From assembly GCF_006345805.1 (NCBI RefSeq), contig NC_043006.1, forward strand, positions 46,066,001 to 46,130,000: 64,000 nucleotides of DNA, in the 5' to 3' direction. Positions 26,058-38,441 of the stretch are shown here, piece by piece. A program made the position numbers and the translations under genes. Numbering within the stretch: position 1 is the first letter of the stretch; every line of letters begins with the position of its first letter. The notes beneath the pieces were generated by a model. It saw only the letters and a list, made by a program, of their open reading frames with translations, did not search any database and had not been told where the DNA came from. Source of the stretch: Octopus sinensis. Taxonomy: Eukaryota.

Positions 26058-27235
26058 GTGAGTGACGGCTGCCTGTACATTTTCAATCAGCTTTGTATAT
26101 CTATGTCACGTGCAGCAGTAACAGCAACAGCAGCAGCAGCAACAGCAGTAACAACAGCAGTAGCAGCAACAACACTTGAGATAGTAGTAGTAGTAGTAGT
26201 AGCTTTTTATTCACAGATTCAGATTCTAAAAATCACCATTTTCGCTTCATCTTGGAATTGACGATTATTTCGTAGAGTTTATGATGTTTTGAAGACGAGA
26301 GCTTTATGTCGAAATCTTAAAAGAAAAAAACAAATCGGTCTTTAAAGGTATTTATAAAATATCTCAAAAAATATAAAATAAGCATATCTTGTCAAATGTA
26401 GCATGTTACTAACATAACGCTAGACTTTAATAGCGTTTTTGTTTTAACCATGAGAAGTAAGAAAATTAATCGGTAAAAATTTTCTTGCCAATATCAGGAA
26501 TATTTATTTGCCATTCCTGCTCAACTTACAACATGTTGATTCACGAAGGAATCTAACATATCCTATTTTTATGAGAGACTTTGAGAAATCGATTTTTAGA
26601 AAGAGAGAGAAAAAACAACAAACTCAGATTGTATTGTTCTTTCCTTCCATTGTATTCTAAGTATTGAGAGCTTTGGGATTCATTTAATCTAAAAGAGATA
26701 AAAGGGAGAAAAAAGTAATGTTATATATCATAATATAATGCTTTGGATTGGAGAATAAACGTCTACTAGAGTTTTTGGGATGTTTTTTTTCCCTCGAATA
26801 ATAGTGAAATAGAGTTAAGTTAAACCATGAGATATATGGTAGAAAAATATTCTAAGATAACAATGAAAGCAATACAAATACCATGATATGTTATTTTCTA
26901 ATATATATTTTAAGACTTTATCCTGACTGGAAAGCTATCACGTGTGTCTAAAATCGACAGCTCTACTAGGAATATATATTTGCCGTGTGCAATTTAGCTT
27001 CGGAAATTTATTCCTTTCTCGCATATCTCCATAAAACAAATAAATTGATCGTAAGGGGCATTAGTAATGAGACTGTTAGACATTCGTGCGTTTCTCAGAC
27101 GAGTCACACAAGTTGTTTTTTTTTTTGAAGTGAAATACATTCAACATGTATTTGACATTTTACGTGTGATGTGTCTCGCTGGTATTCGTGTAGCCGAAGC
27201 TAACTGGCTCAATTTTATTTATTGAAAGTTTATAA

Positions 27236-27840
27236 TAGGCGTATGGTAAGTGGCTGTATGGTAAGTAGCTTGCTTACCAACCACATGGTTCCGGGTTCAG
27301 TCCCACTGCGTGACACCTTGGACAAGTGTCTTCTACTATAGCCGCGGGCCGACCAAAGCATTGTGAGTGGATTTGGTAGACGGAAACTGAAAGAAGCCCG
27401 TCGTATATATGTATATGTGTGCGTGTTTGTGTGTCTGTGTTTGTCACCCCAACATCGCTTGATAATAGGAGTGGCTGTGTGGTAAGTAGCTTGCTTACCA
27501 ACCACATGGTTCCGGGTTCAGTCCCACTGCGTGACACCTTGGACAAGTGTCTTCTACTATAGCCGCGGGCCGACCAAAGCATTGTGAGTGGATTTGGTAG
27601 ACGGAAACTGAAAGAAGCCCGTCGTATATATGTGTATGTGTGCGTGTTTGTGTGTCTGTGTTTGTCACCCCAACATCGCTTGATAAACGATGCTGGTGTG
27701 TTTACGTCGCCCGTAACTTAGCAGTTCGGCAAAAGAGACCGATAGAATAAGTACTAGGCTTACAAAGAATAAATCCTCGACTAAAGGCGGTGCTGTAGCA
27801 TGGCCGCAGTCAAATAACTGAAACAAGTAAAAGAGTAAAG
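27236..27840 (+). mobile_element. SINE-B with tandem duplication of its 5' ~225 bp
   Basis: Both halves share private variants (TAGCCGCGGGCC, GCTTGATA). Confidence 0.9.
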
Positions 27841-27851
27841 CAGATATAACG

Positions 27852-28085
27852 TCACATCATCACTGCGATACTAGTACCCAGCCAAGGGTGTTTTTTTTTC
27901 ATGTTGGGGAACAGATGATAGTCAGATTGGGTCGAATTTGGAGAATAGGGAAGGCGATCAACCAGTTCAAGGCCACACTCAAGCACATCAGCCATTGAAA
28001 CTAAGGATATGTGTGCTGGAGTATTGTCCTGATGAAACAAGACAAAGACACCTTTCTTCCGTTTTCTTGGGTGTAACAGCAATTT
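27852..28085 (-). pseudogene. mariner (DD34D) transposase fragment
   Basis: FHQDNTPAH...LPYSPNSTQSDYHLFPNMKK. Confidence 0.85.
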
Positions 28086-28700
28086 CATGTGATCGGCGGA
28101 TTAACTGATCATTCAGCATCGAGATATCACGTAATGCTATCTTCTTGAACCTTCTAGAACGTCGCCTAAAGAAGCTTATGAATAGACAAGTTTTAGCGCT
28201 AACTCATTGCAGAGGGTCAATGGCGACTGGACGAAATTCGCCGCCGCTCGTGCCAGGCACATTTGCGCAGAGACCGGCCGATTCATTTCACCGGTCACAT
28301 CTCTTGCCACAGATGGTGGGAAATCGCAGCCATGCAAACCACATTCTCACTTTGCTGCATTGAACAGTCGTTCTAACGACTCCTTATACAACCGTGTAGA
28401 CAACAGTTAGTATAACAGTCATGAATTCAACGTGATACCTCCTCCTGTCATGATAGCGTATCCACAAAGCCTACTTAAACAAACTATTTCGTAAGAACTA
28501 CAGAATTGCCCTTCCAGTCTGTAAACAATGTATTTTAAATTCAACAACAACATGGAAAATATTTCGTGCGGTGAATAAAGTCCTGTAAATTGTTCATGAG
28601 AGTTGTGCATTTTCATACACAACCAGAATTCAAATCTGCATCTCATATCTTTCATTCTATGACCTACGTGATAATATACAACAGTATACTCTCGTGACAG

Positions 28701-29170
28701 TGGAGGCGCAATGGCCCAGTGGTTAGGTCGTAGGATCGCGGTTTCGATTCCCAGACCGGGCATTGTGAATGTTTATTGAGCGAAAACCGCTAAAGCTCCA
28801 CGAGGTTCCGGCAGGGGGTGGTGGTGAACCCTGCTGTACTCATCCACCATAACTTTCTTTCACTCTTTCTTCCTTGTTTCTTGTCATACTCTGTGTCACG
28901 CTGAATCTCCCCGAGAACTACGTTAAGGGTACACATGTATGTGGAGTGCTCATCCACTTGCACGTTAATAAATGAGCTGCGACGTCACTGGTGCTAAGCT
29001 GTATCGGCATTTGCCATTCGCTTGGATAACATCGGTGGCGTGTTGAGGGGAGGCTGGTATGCGTAGGGCGACTGCTGGTCTTCCATAAACAACCTTGCCC
29101 AGACCTGTGCCTCGGAGGGTAACTTTCTAGGTGCAATCCCATGGTCATTCATGACCAAAGGGGGTCACAA
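28701..29170 (+). mobile_element. SINE-C, long-tail variant
   Basis: Head GGAGGCGCAATGGCCCAGTGGTTAG..GGTTTCGATTCCC; TSD ACTCTCGTGA at 28688-28697 and 29173-29182. Confidence 0.88.
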
Positions 29171-29629
29171 CAACTCTCGTGATAACACCACACCGTCTCA
29201 GTAAAGGATAGACACATTGCATAATGTGCTCCTGGACCCACCATATCCTTATAAGATATATAACATTCACAGCTCGAATACCTTTGGTTATAGGCCCGCT
29301 CAGCTATGGTCGACATTGTGTTAAATATAACAACAAGAAGAACAGCTACAATAACAAAAACTACAGAAACAAATACAACTCAGATCTGTGTACATCAATT
29401 CATTATTTGGTGCAGTATTTTTTAAAAAATTTCTTTTAGTCAAAGTTACATCAATATCTTGGAGGGACGATATCAAATGGGAAAGAAAGAAAATTTATTA
29501 GAGAAAACTGTTCCCCGTTGTTGTTGAAGTCATTAATATCGGTTAATAATGTGTTTATTTGGACGTTAAGGTAATAAATCTGTCTTCACTGCTGAAGTTT
29601 GGATGTTTAGCATCATGGCAGTATTAGCT

Positions 29630-29656
29630 GTGATAGTAGTAATAGTAATATTAATT

Positions 29657-29688
<32 letters not shown>

Positions 29689-29791
29689 TGTAATAGCAAT
29701 ATTATCAGTAGTGTTGGTAGTAATAGAAGCATAAATGGCGGACGTGACGGTAGTGGTGGCCGTAGCATTCAGATAATTAATGGTGGTGATT

Positions 29792-29829
<38 letters not shown>

Positions 29830-29866
29830 GCTGCTGCTGCTACTGCTGCTGCTGCTGCTACTACTA

Positions 29867-29898
<32 letters not shown>

Positions 29899-29959
29899 AC
29901 TACTTCTACTAAATCTACTTGTGCTATAAACATTACAAATACAAATAATACAACCGCGT

Positions 29960-29995
<36 letters not shown>

Positions 29996-30060
29996 GTAGT
30001 AGTAGTAGTAGTAGTAGTAGTAGTAATCGTGGTAGTGGTGATGGTGGAAGTAGTTGTAGT
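29630..30060. repeat. (TAG)n/(CTA)n/(CTG)n microsatellites in alternating orientation
   Basis: Directly visible. Confidence 0.95.
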
Positions 30061-30329
30061 AAAACTATTGTTATTTCCACTGCTTTTTCTGCCATAACCA
30101 TCACATCATGCAAAGCATGCCTTGTATCATGGCAATGATGCAGCTCCGAGGTGGTTGAGTGACATGCAAGAAATATCAGTCAAATATTCATCAAATCTTT
30201 CCAGGTTCTCCCCAAAAATGGGACGGTGGGGGTTAAATCACCTCAGTTCGCTAAATAATCGTTTAGATTGGCAGTTAAAGCAGAAGCTATGTAACACGTC
30301 CATCTTTACAGTTACATATTGCATTATAT

Positions 30330-31078
30330 TTTTTTTCTGCACTAGACAAAAAGCCCGAAATTTTGGGGAGGGGGCCAGTTGATTAGATCAACCACAGTAC
30401 TCAACTGATACTTAATTTATCGACCTCGAAAGGATGAAAGACAAAGTCGACCTTGGCGGAATTTGAACTCAGAACGTAAAGACAGACGAAATACTTTTCG
30501 CCCGGCGTACTAATGTTTCTTATTTCTCTATTGCCCACAAGGGGCTAAACATAGAGGGTACAAACAAGGACAGACAAACAGATTAAGTCGATTACATTGA
30601 CCCCAGTGCGTAACTGGTATTTATTTAATCGATCCCGAAACGATGAAAGGCTAAGTCGAACTCGGCGGAATTTGAACTCAGAACGTAAAGACAGACGAAA
30701 TACCTATTTCTTTACTACCCACAAGGGGCTAAACATAGAGGGGACAAGCAAGGACAGACAAAGGGATTAAGTCGATTACATCGAGCCCAGTACGTAACTG
30801 GTACTTAATTTATCGACCCCGAAAGTATGAAAGGCAAAGTCGACCTCGGCAGAATTTGAACTCAGAACGTAACGGCAGATGAAATACCGCTAAGCAATTC
30901 GCCCGGCGTGCTAACGTTTCTGCCAGATTGCCAACTTATATACTGCGTTATATTCTTTTCTACTGTAGGCACAAGTCCCGAAATTTTTGGGGAGGTGTCC
31001 AATCGATTAGATCGACCTACAGTACACAACTGGTACTTAATTTATCAACCCCGAAAGGATGAAAGGCAAAGTTGACCT
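30330..31078 (-). mobile_element. SINE-A trimer plus partial fourth copy
   Basis: Junctions GAAATA|GGTATTTCG and GAAATA|AGAAACATTAG. Confidence 0.9.
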
Positions 31079-31625
31079 GTTTTTACGTTCTGAATTCAAA
31101 TTCCACCAAGGTCGACTTTGCCTTTCATCCTTTCGAGGTCGATAAATTAAGCACCATTTGCGTACTGGAGTCGACCTAATCGACTGCCCCCACCCCTCTC
31201 CCAAAATTTCAGTCAAAATGCTTAGAGAGGCGTTTCGTCCGTCTAAACATTCTGAGTTCAAATTCCGCTGAGGTCGACTTTGCTTTCGCCCTTCCGGGGT
31301 CAATAAAATAAGTACCAGTTGTGTATTGGGGGTCAATGCAATCGACTTGAATCGCTTCCCTATAATTTCAGGTCTTGTGCGTATAGAAGAAGGAATTATT
31401 TGTTGATAGCTTAGAGCGGCGAGCTGACAGAATCGGTAGCACATCCAGCAAAATGTTTAATGACATTTTGTCCCTCTTTACATTCTGAGTTCAAAAGAGA
31501 CCGATAGAATAAGTACTAGGCTTACAAAAAATAAGTCCTGGGGTCGATTTGCTCAACTAAAGGTGGTGCTTCAGCATGGCCACAGTCAAATGACTGAAAC
31601 AAGTAAAAGAGTAAAGAGTAAAGAG
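31079..31625 (+). mobile_element. Plus-strand SINE-A pieces and a SINE-A-head/SINE-B-tail chimera
   Basis: A head 31415-31494 fused at ..GAGTTCAAA|AGAGACCGATAG to the B 3' end. Confidence 0.8.
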
Positions 31626-32364
31626 TATATCTCGCCGATTTTCTACTTACATTTTTCGTTTTTACCTTTTCGCTCTATCACTTTTGAAAAGACTAAGTAT
31701 TTGCATAATCTTAGCAGAAATGACTGGTTCAGTGAGGTGGGGTTTTTTTTTCTCCTCAAACTGTACTGAATTGCATTTCAGAGGAAAATCTTTTTAGCTA
31801 ACCAGATTAGTAGAAGATATATTTATATTTTGGGTGGATAAAAGCAAAGTATGCATTATTTCGTTTTAACTGTTCTCAAAAAAAGAAAAAAAAAAAAACA
31901 ATAATAAAATAAACACTAGCTCATTGTGACGAAGAGAAGAAGCTTTCAGAATACAGTTTTGGATGTGATTCGTTTATAAATCTGTAACAGGAATATTATT
32001 TAGTGTGATAATGTTAGAGCTAAATAACAACGGTTGGTCACTGGGTGTTTGTCTAAAGAAATCTTATAATTGAGTTTTTCTCTATTTGGCATATGGTGTT
32101 GTATGCAAAATACGAGTGACTATAGTAAACATTCGAAAATCAGAAAGATGTTTATAAGAATCTTGCTATAAATATTGAAACACATACGTTACTCTCGGTT
32201 TAAGCACCTGATTCGTGTTTTGGAATTAATAATTTTTGACTGATACTTGACAAACCCGAACTCCTGTTTCAATTTCAGTTGCTTTCGTTACTTTTACTCT
32301 TGGTAAAGGTAGGGACTTTGTTACATTTTACTTCCTAGTCCCATGTATTTTCACAAGCATTTTT

Positions 32365-32768
32365 AGGTGCAGGAGTGGCTGTGTGGTAAGTAGCTTTCTT
32401 ACCAACCACATGGTACCGGGTTCAGTCCCACTGCGTGGCAACTTGGGCAAGTGTCTTTCACTATAACCTCGGGCCGACCAAAGCCTTGTGAGTGGATTTG
32501 GTAGACGAAAACTGAAAGAAGCCCGTCGTATATACGTATGGGTATATATATGTTTGTGCGTGTTTCTGTGGCTGTGTTTGTCACCCCAACATCACTTGAC
32601 AATCGATGGTGGTGTATTTACGTCCCCGTAATGTAGCCTTTTGCCCAAAAGAGACCGATAGAATAAGTACTAGGCTTACAAATAATAAGTCCTGGGGTCG
32701 ATTTGCTCGACTAAAAGCAGTGCTCCTGCATGGCCTCAGTCAAATGACTGAAACAAGTAAAAGAGTAA
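32365..32768 (+). mobile_element. SINE-B full-length
   Basis: Complete match. Confidence 0.92.
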
Positions 32769-33054
32769 GCCTCATAGAAATGTGCGTAAATTCACTGAAA
32801 AGAACTTTAATTGAGATTTACGGTTCGGATTTGTATCCTCAAACGAGTCATCTTCACTTCACTGACTAAAATGATGCTACTGGAGAAATGTACCACCATC
32901 GCAACATAACATCTTGTTGGTTCTAAAACTCACATGGTTTGTACTTGTTTTCAATTAAACATTAATAACTGCGATGGAATAAGAACGTAAATATAAGAAT
33001 ACATGGGAACGTTAAAACAGTAAGCAACTATGAAGCTGTTGTGATACCACGACA

Positions 33055-33370
33055 ACCATCCGTCCATTCATTCGTCCATCCATCTTTCCATCTATCCATC
33101 CATCCATCCATCATCCATCTATCCATTTTCTCTGTCCGCTGTTCCCGGGAAAGTTGTAGGGGTTATTTCTTTAAACACTTCCTCTATTATAGCCTATCAG
33201 AAGCAACCATCATTGCACTTTATGGTTGGAGTCCCAAGTGTGCACAAATAAGACAATGGATATAATCCAACGATCTCGTTCTTGGTCTACTCGTAGGGTT
33301 CTTGCTGGGTAGCTAGGCTTAAAAGATCTGTCCCGCAACTCTTTCTGCGACTTTCTAATCACGCGACAAC
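33055..33370 (-). mobile_element. RTE-clade LINE 3' end
   Basis: ERVAGQIF..SRPRTRSLDYI..LGLQP resembles the RTE GRPRTRW.D C-terminus; (GGAT)n tail. Confidence 0.6.
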
Positions 33371-35046
33371 TCTGTCAGTTAATTACGAAATGCACACAAG
33401 CTCACATAAATAGGTTCTGCAGCATGAAGATATATAAAATAAAAAGGTATGAGCTAAACGGGAGTGACCAACAATCGACTCGTTTTAATTCTTAGGGAAG
33501 GCACCTGTTGATAAAAGACAGATTAAACATGACTTTTCAAGTTATGCATAAAATGCTGCCCTTCATTTTACACCCCATAGTGTGTATTTATTTAAACTTG
33601 AAAATGGATAGAGAGCGATACCAAAATACGAAATGATGATTCTCACGACTAGTTTAATTAATTGTAAGCTTATCGTTGTTCGATACTTTTTAGTTGCCCA
33701 ACAACTAACTGTTCTTATTTTTATGTTTGTCATGAGTGGAGGAAGAATGTCCATGAGCTTTGCAAATTCTTTCGAGGCTGGAGAAATTGCCTACAAAAAA
33801 AAAAAGAAAAAAGATGGATGATAGGAAACCAGGTGTCTTGTGTTAAAGCTTGCAAGGAAATGAAGTCTCCTAAATATATCAATGCACCAGTAGATAAACA
33901 ACGGGCTATTATTTATGATTGACATAATATATTTTGTGTCCTATCAAGGCAAAACATTTTGGGGGAGAAGTTAGTTAAACATAACACTTCCAGCACATGA
34001 CTGTTACATTATCTTATCGTCAGCGAAAGGATGAAAGGCAAAGTTAGACCCAGCGGAATTTGAACTCAGAATGATTTATATCGACAAAACAATTGTCGCA
34101 AGTATATAGAGATATTCAGGATGATAGATCGATATATTTTACTGTTACTTAGCTCGTCGTTATCTGAAGAAACAGAAAATACAGAAATTCCCAGTGGAAT
34201 TTTAAGTCAGAAATGTGAGAAGCCTAAATAAATACGTATTCAGTGCCATAAACTGCTGCCATATTATATATTGGATATTTTTTGGCATAGAAAACTTAAA
34301 GACAGTAAAATTGCGAATTTGGACATTTTTTTTTATAAAAGTTTGTCTAAGATATTTTTTCATAAAAATAACTCTAAAATATCCGAAATAAATACATGCT
34401 AAACACTTCAAAAGCACTATGTATGTATGTATGTATGTATGTATGTATGTATGTATGTATGTATGTATATGTAAAGAACTTTGAGTATATTTGTCAGGAA
34501 GATAATTCTCACTTGTATCAGATAAATCATTATTTTGAGTGAAGAATCCCCGCCAAAATCCTGGGTCATTTTAGTTATTAGACCTAATTCTAGAAACTCT
34601 GCAAAGTATAAAAATATACCATCGATTTTTTTTTGCAAGCAGATGCTGAAAAAAAAATTACTTTAAATTATTTCAGAGTCGTTCGGAGATCCTGAAGCAT
34701 TCATATTTCAGTATCGTCAAGAGATAGCGAAAAACTAATTGGATTTCAGGTTTTGAAGAATTCTCCAGAAATGGCTGAGATGCCTGCTTTTCATCAAGAA
34801 TTGTTTTTTCAACTCATATTGTAAGGTCCCACTCCATTTAAAGACAATTCAATTATTGTAAAGAAGTGACTGGTGAAAATCAATCATAAACGAAAAACAA
34901 CCCGTTTATTTTGTCAGTGATAGAAGACAGCACATTTTATTTCAAACTTGGCTTTGCTTTATCACCGTCACCACTACAACTACCGGCACCATCATTGCCG
35001 AAGGCATCGCTTTGCTGTGCTAGAATCAACATCGCTACCTTCCCTA

Positions 35047-35171
35047 CCACCTCCATCACTATTTCTAATATCATCATCTCAACAGCGCCTCCTCAGGCGC
35101 TAACAAATTTTCCCTAGACGTAATTCGATTGAGGAGTTGAGCAATGAATAAATTTTATATATATTATGTAT

Positions 35172-35237
<66 letters not shown>

Positions 35238-36229
35238 ATATATATATTTCATTTATTTTCTTTTTATCACGATGAAGAGCTGCAGTATGTTAGATGTGTC
35301 TAATGTGTGCAAAAGCCCCGTGTCTTGGGTTCGATAAACGTTCACATTTAGTTCAATCTCACCAACTCTGTTGTAAGCGACAGCAATTTCGTAACTCATT
35401 TCAGAAACCTCCGAAAGCATTGAAGTCTACCCCAGAAACATTGAAACGCCGGTGACATTTCAACAACAGATTTGCCATTCTGCTTTCTTGGTTGGCGCCA
35501 ACATCATTCTTGATATTGTATAATAAATTAGAGGACAAGATATGAGAATTACGAAATTTCTGTCGCTTTCAACAGAGTGAAATTGGAAGAAATACGAATG
35601 TCTATTGAACCCAAGGCACGGGGCTTTTGTATACATTAATCTTGTATCTAACATACTGCAGCTCTTCATTGCGATAAGAAAAAAGGAAAAAAACATATAT
35701 ACATATTACTCTTTTACTCTTTTACTTGTTTCAGTCATTTGACTGCGGCCATGCTGGAGCACCGCCTTTAGTAGAGCAAATCGACACCAGAATTTATTCT
35801 TTGTAAGCCTAGTGCTTATTCTATCGGTCCGTTTTGCCGAACCGCTAAGTTACGGGGACGTAACACACCAACATCGGTTGTCAAGCGATGTTGGGGGACA
35901 AACACAGGCACACAAACATACACACACACACACACGCGCACACACATATATATATATACATATATACGATGGGGTTTTTTCAGTTTCCGTCTGCCAAATC
36001 CACTCACAAGGCTTTGGTCTGCCCGAGACTATAGTTGAAGACACTTGCCCAAGGTGCCATGCAGTGGGACTGAACCCGGAACCATGTGGTTGGTAAGCAA
36101 GCTACTTACGACACAGCAACTCCTACGCCTATATGTAAAATTTATCCATTGCTCAACTCCTCAATCGAAATTTGCTACCGCCTGAGGAGGCGCTGTGGAA
36201 ATGGTATTAGAAATAGTAATGGAGATGGT
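35047..36229. repeat. Large imperfect inverted repeat (foldback-like element)
   Basis: 35047-35162 is the reverse complement of 36131-36229; 35255-35398 is the reverse complement of 35543-35693. Confidence 0.8.
35706..36131 (-). mobile_element. SINE-B inserted in the right arm of the inverted repeat
   Basis: Complete match. Confidence 0.92.
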
Positions 36230-36399
36230 CCAGCGAGGTGAGGGCTACACTCATATCATCTCCAACCAAGGTTCGCATTAAAGCCGAGTCTTACTGTAGG
36301 CACGTCCCAAGAATGTTTCTCCCTTCGATTTAACCAATGTCTTATTGATAAGACATAAGTAATAAATGTCAAATAATTGATCACAAATTCAATTTTATT

Positions 36400-37929
36400 C
36401 TGTCAGGTTCTTTTGCTGAAATGCTAAGTTGCTGGGACTTAAATGCACCAACACCGGTTGTCAAGAGGTGGGGTCAGTGGTGAAGATGAAGACAGATACA
36501 AAATACACACGCGCATATAAGACAGGCTTCTTTCAATTTTCGTCAGCCAAATCCACTCATAAGGTTTTGGTCGCCTCGAGGCTATTGTAGAAGACACTGG
36601 TACGTACTTTATCGACCCCAAAAGGATAAAAGATAAAGTCGGACTCGGCGAATTTTGAACTCAGAACGTAAAGACGGGCGAAATGCCGCTGGGCATTTTA
36701 CACAGTGTGCTAATGAATCTGCTAGCTCACTGCCTTTAATAATAATAATCCTTTCTACTAAAGGCACAAGGCCTGAAATTTGGAGTGGGGGATAGTCGAT
36801 TAGATCGACCCCAGTGTTTCACTGGTACTTAATTTATCAACCTCGGTGGAGTTTGAACTTAAAATGCTAAACATTTCGTCCACCATGATACCGACTTTGC
36901 CAGCTCACCGCCTTAATATTCTTTTCTACTCTTGGCACAAGGCTCAAACTTTTGAGGGAGAGGGCCCAATCGATTAGATCTACCCCAGTACGAAACTGGT
37001 GCTTAATTTATTGACTCCGAAAGGATGAAAGGCAACGTCGACCTCGGCGGAATTTGAATTCAGAACGTAAAGACAGACGAAATACTGCTAAGCGTTTCTC
37101 CAGGCATACTAACGTTTCTGCCCGCTCGCCATCTTTCACCGCCTTCCACTGCCTTAATATTCTTTTCTAATCTAGGCACAAGACCCAAAATCTTTGGGGA
37201 GTGGGGCCAGTCAATTAGATCAACCCCAGTACGCAACTGGTACTTAATTTATTGACCCCGAAAGGGTGAAAGGCAAAGTCGACCTCGGCGGAATTTGGAT
37301 TCAGAACGTAGCGGCAGACGAAATACCTATTTCTTTACTACCCACAAGGGGCTAAACACAGAGGGGACAAACAAGGACAGACAAACGGATTAAGTCGATT
37401 ACATCGACCCCAGTGCGTAACTAGTACTTAATTTATCGACCCCGAAAGGATGAAAGGCAAAGTCGACCTCGGCGGAATTTGAACTGAGAACGTAGCGGCA
37501 GACGAAATACCTATTTCTTTACTACCCACAAGGGGCTAAACACAGAGGGGACAAACAAGGACAGACAAACGGATTAAGTCGATTACATCGACCCCAGTGT
37601 GTAACTGGTACTTAATTTATCGACCCCGAAAGGATGAAAGGCAAAGTCGACCTCGGCGGAATTTGAACTGAGAACGTAGCGGCAGACGAAATACCTATTT
37701 CTTTACTACCCACAAGGGATTAAACACGTAGAGGACAAACAAGGACAGACAAACGGATTAAGTCGATTACATTGACCCCAGTGCGTAACTGGTATTTAAT
37801 TTATCGACCCCGAAAGGATGAAAGGCAAAGTCGACTTCGTCGACGGAATTTGAGCTCAGAATGTAACGGCAGACGAAATACGGCTACGCATTTCGCCCGG
37901 CGTGCTAACGTTTCTCCCAGCTCGCCGCC
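36400..37929 (-). mobile_element. SINE cluster: old SINE-B part, three SINE-A copies, then a four-unit SINE-A array with 184-bp period
   Basis: Unit boundaries at 37328, 37512 and 37696. Confidence 0.92.
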
Positions 37930-38441
37930 TTTCACCGCCTTAATATTAATAATATTAACTAGAACAACAAAAGTAGTATATCAACAACAACAACAACAAT
38001 AATAACAACAAACAAACAACAACAACAACTGCTGCAAACCAAATATCTCTGTTTTTGAAGGAATAAACTGGATTAAAAATAACACAATAATATTTTAAAT
38101 TTTGTTGGTATTTTTTTAATAAAAAGGCCTACGAATTAAATAGTTCTGCTCAGGCATGTACAGTCAGATTTACCTGAAATATTGATAGATTTTACGGTGA
38201 AGAAATATTTGGTTTTGCAATTATTAAAGGGATTTAATTCGTAAATCTGTCAAATCTCCCAATGAAAATACACAATGATTCTAAAATAACAAAAAATATA
38301 CACTCAAAAAATATAATTTAACAAGTAAAAGAGAAAGCTGGCGATTTGCAGAAGGCAGAGAAAGACGTCAGGCGAAATAAGTTTGTTGTTGCTTGTAAGG
38401 TTTTGAGATTATTTCGAAGATGGTTGATTTTGATTTTTTCA

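Noticed and set aside
33563-34608. Possible minus-strand exons (acceptors near 33790 and 34598) giving an open reading
   Set aside because: No recognisable protein, no upstream exons found, and it conflicts with equally weak plus-strand candidates
37328-37880. 184-bp tandem units as a CRISPR array or hammerhead retrozyme
   Set aside because: No unique spacers, eukaryotic context, and no CTGANGA/GAAA core on either strand of the unit; explained as SINE arrays
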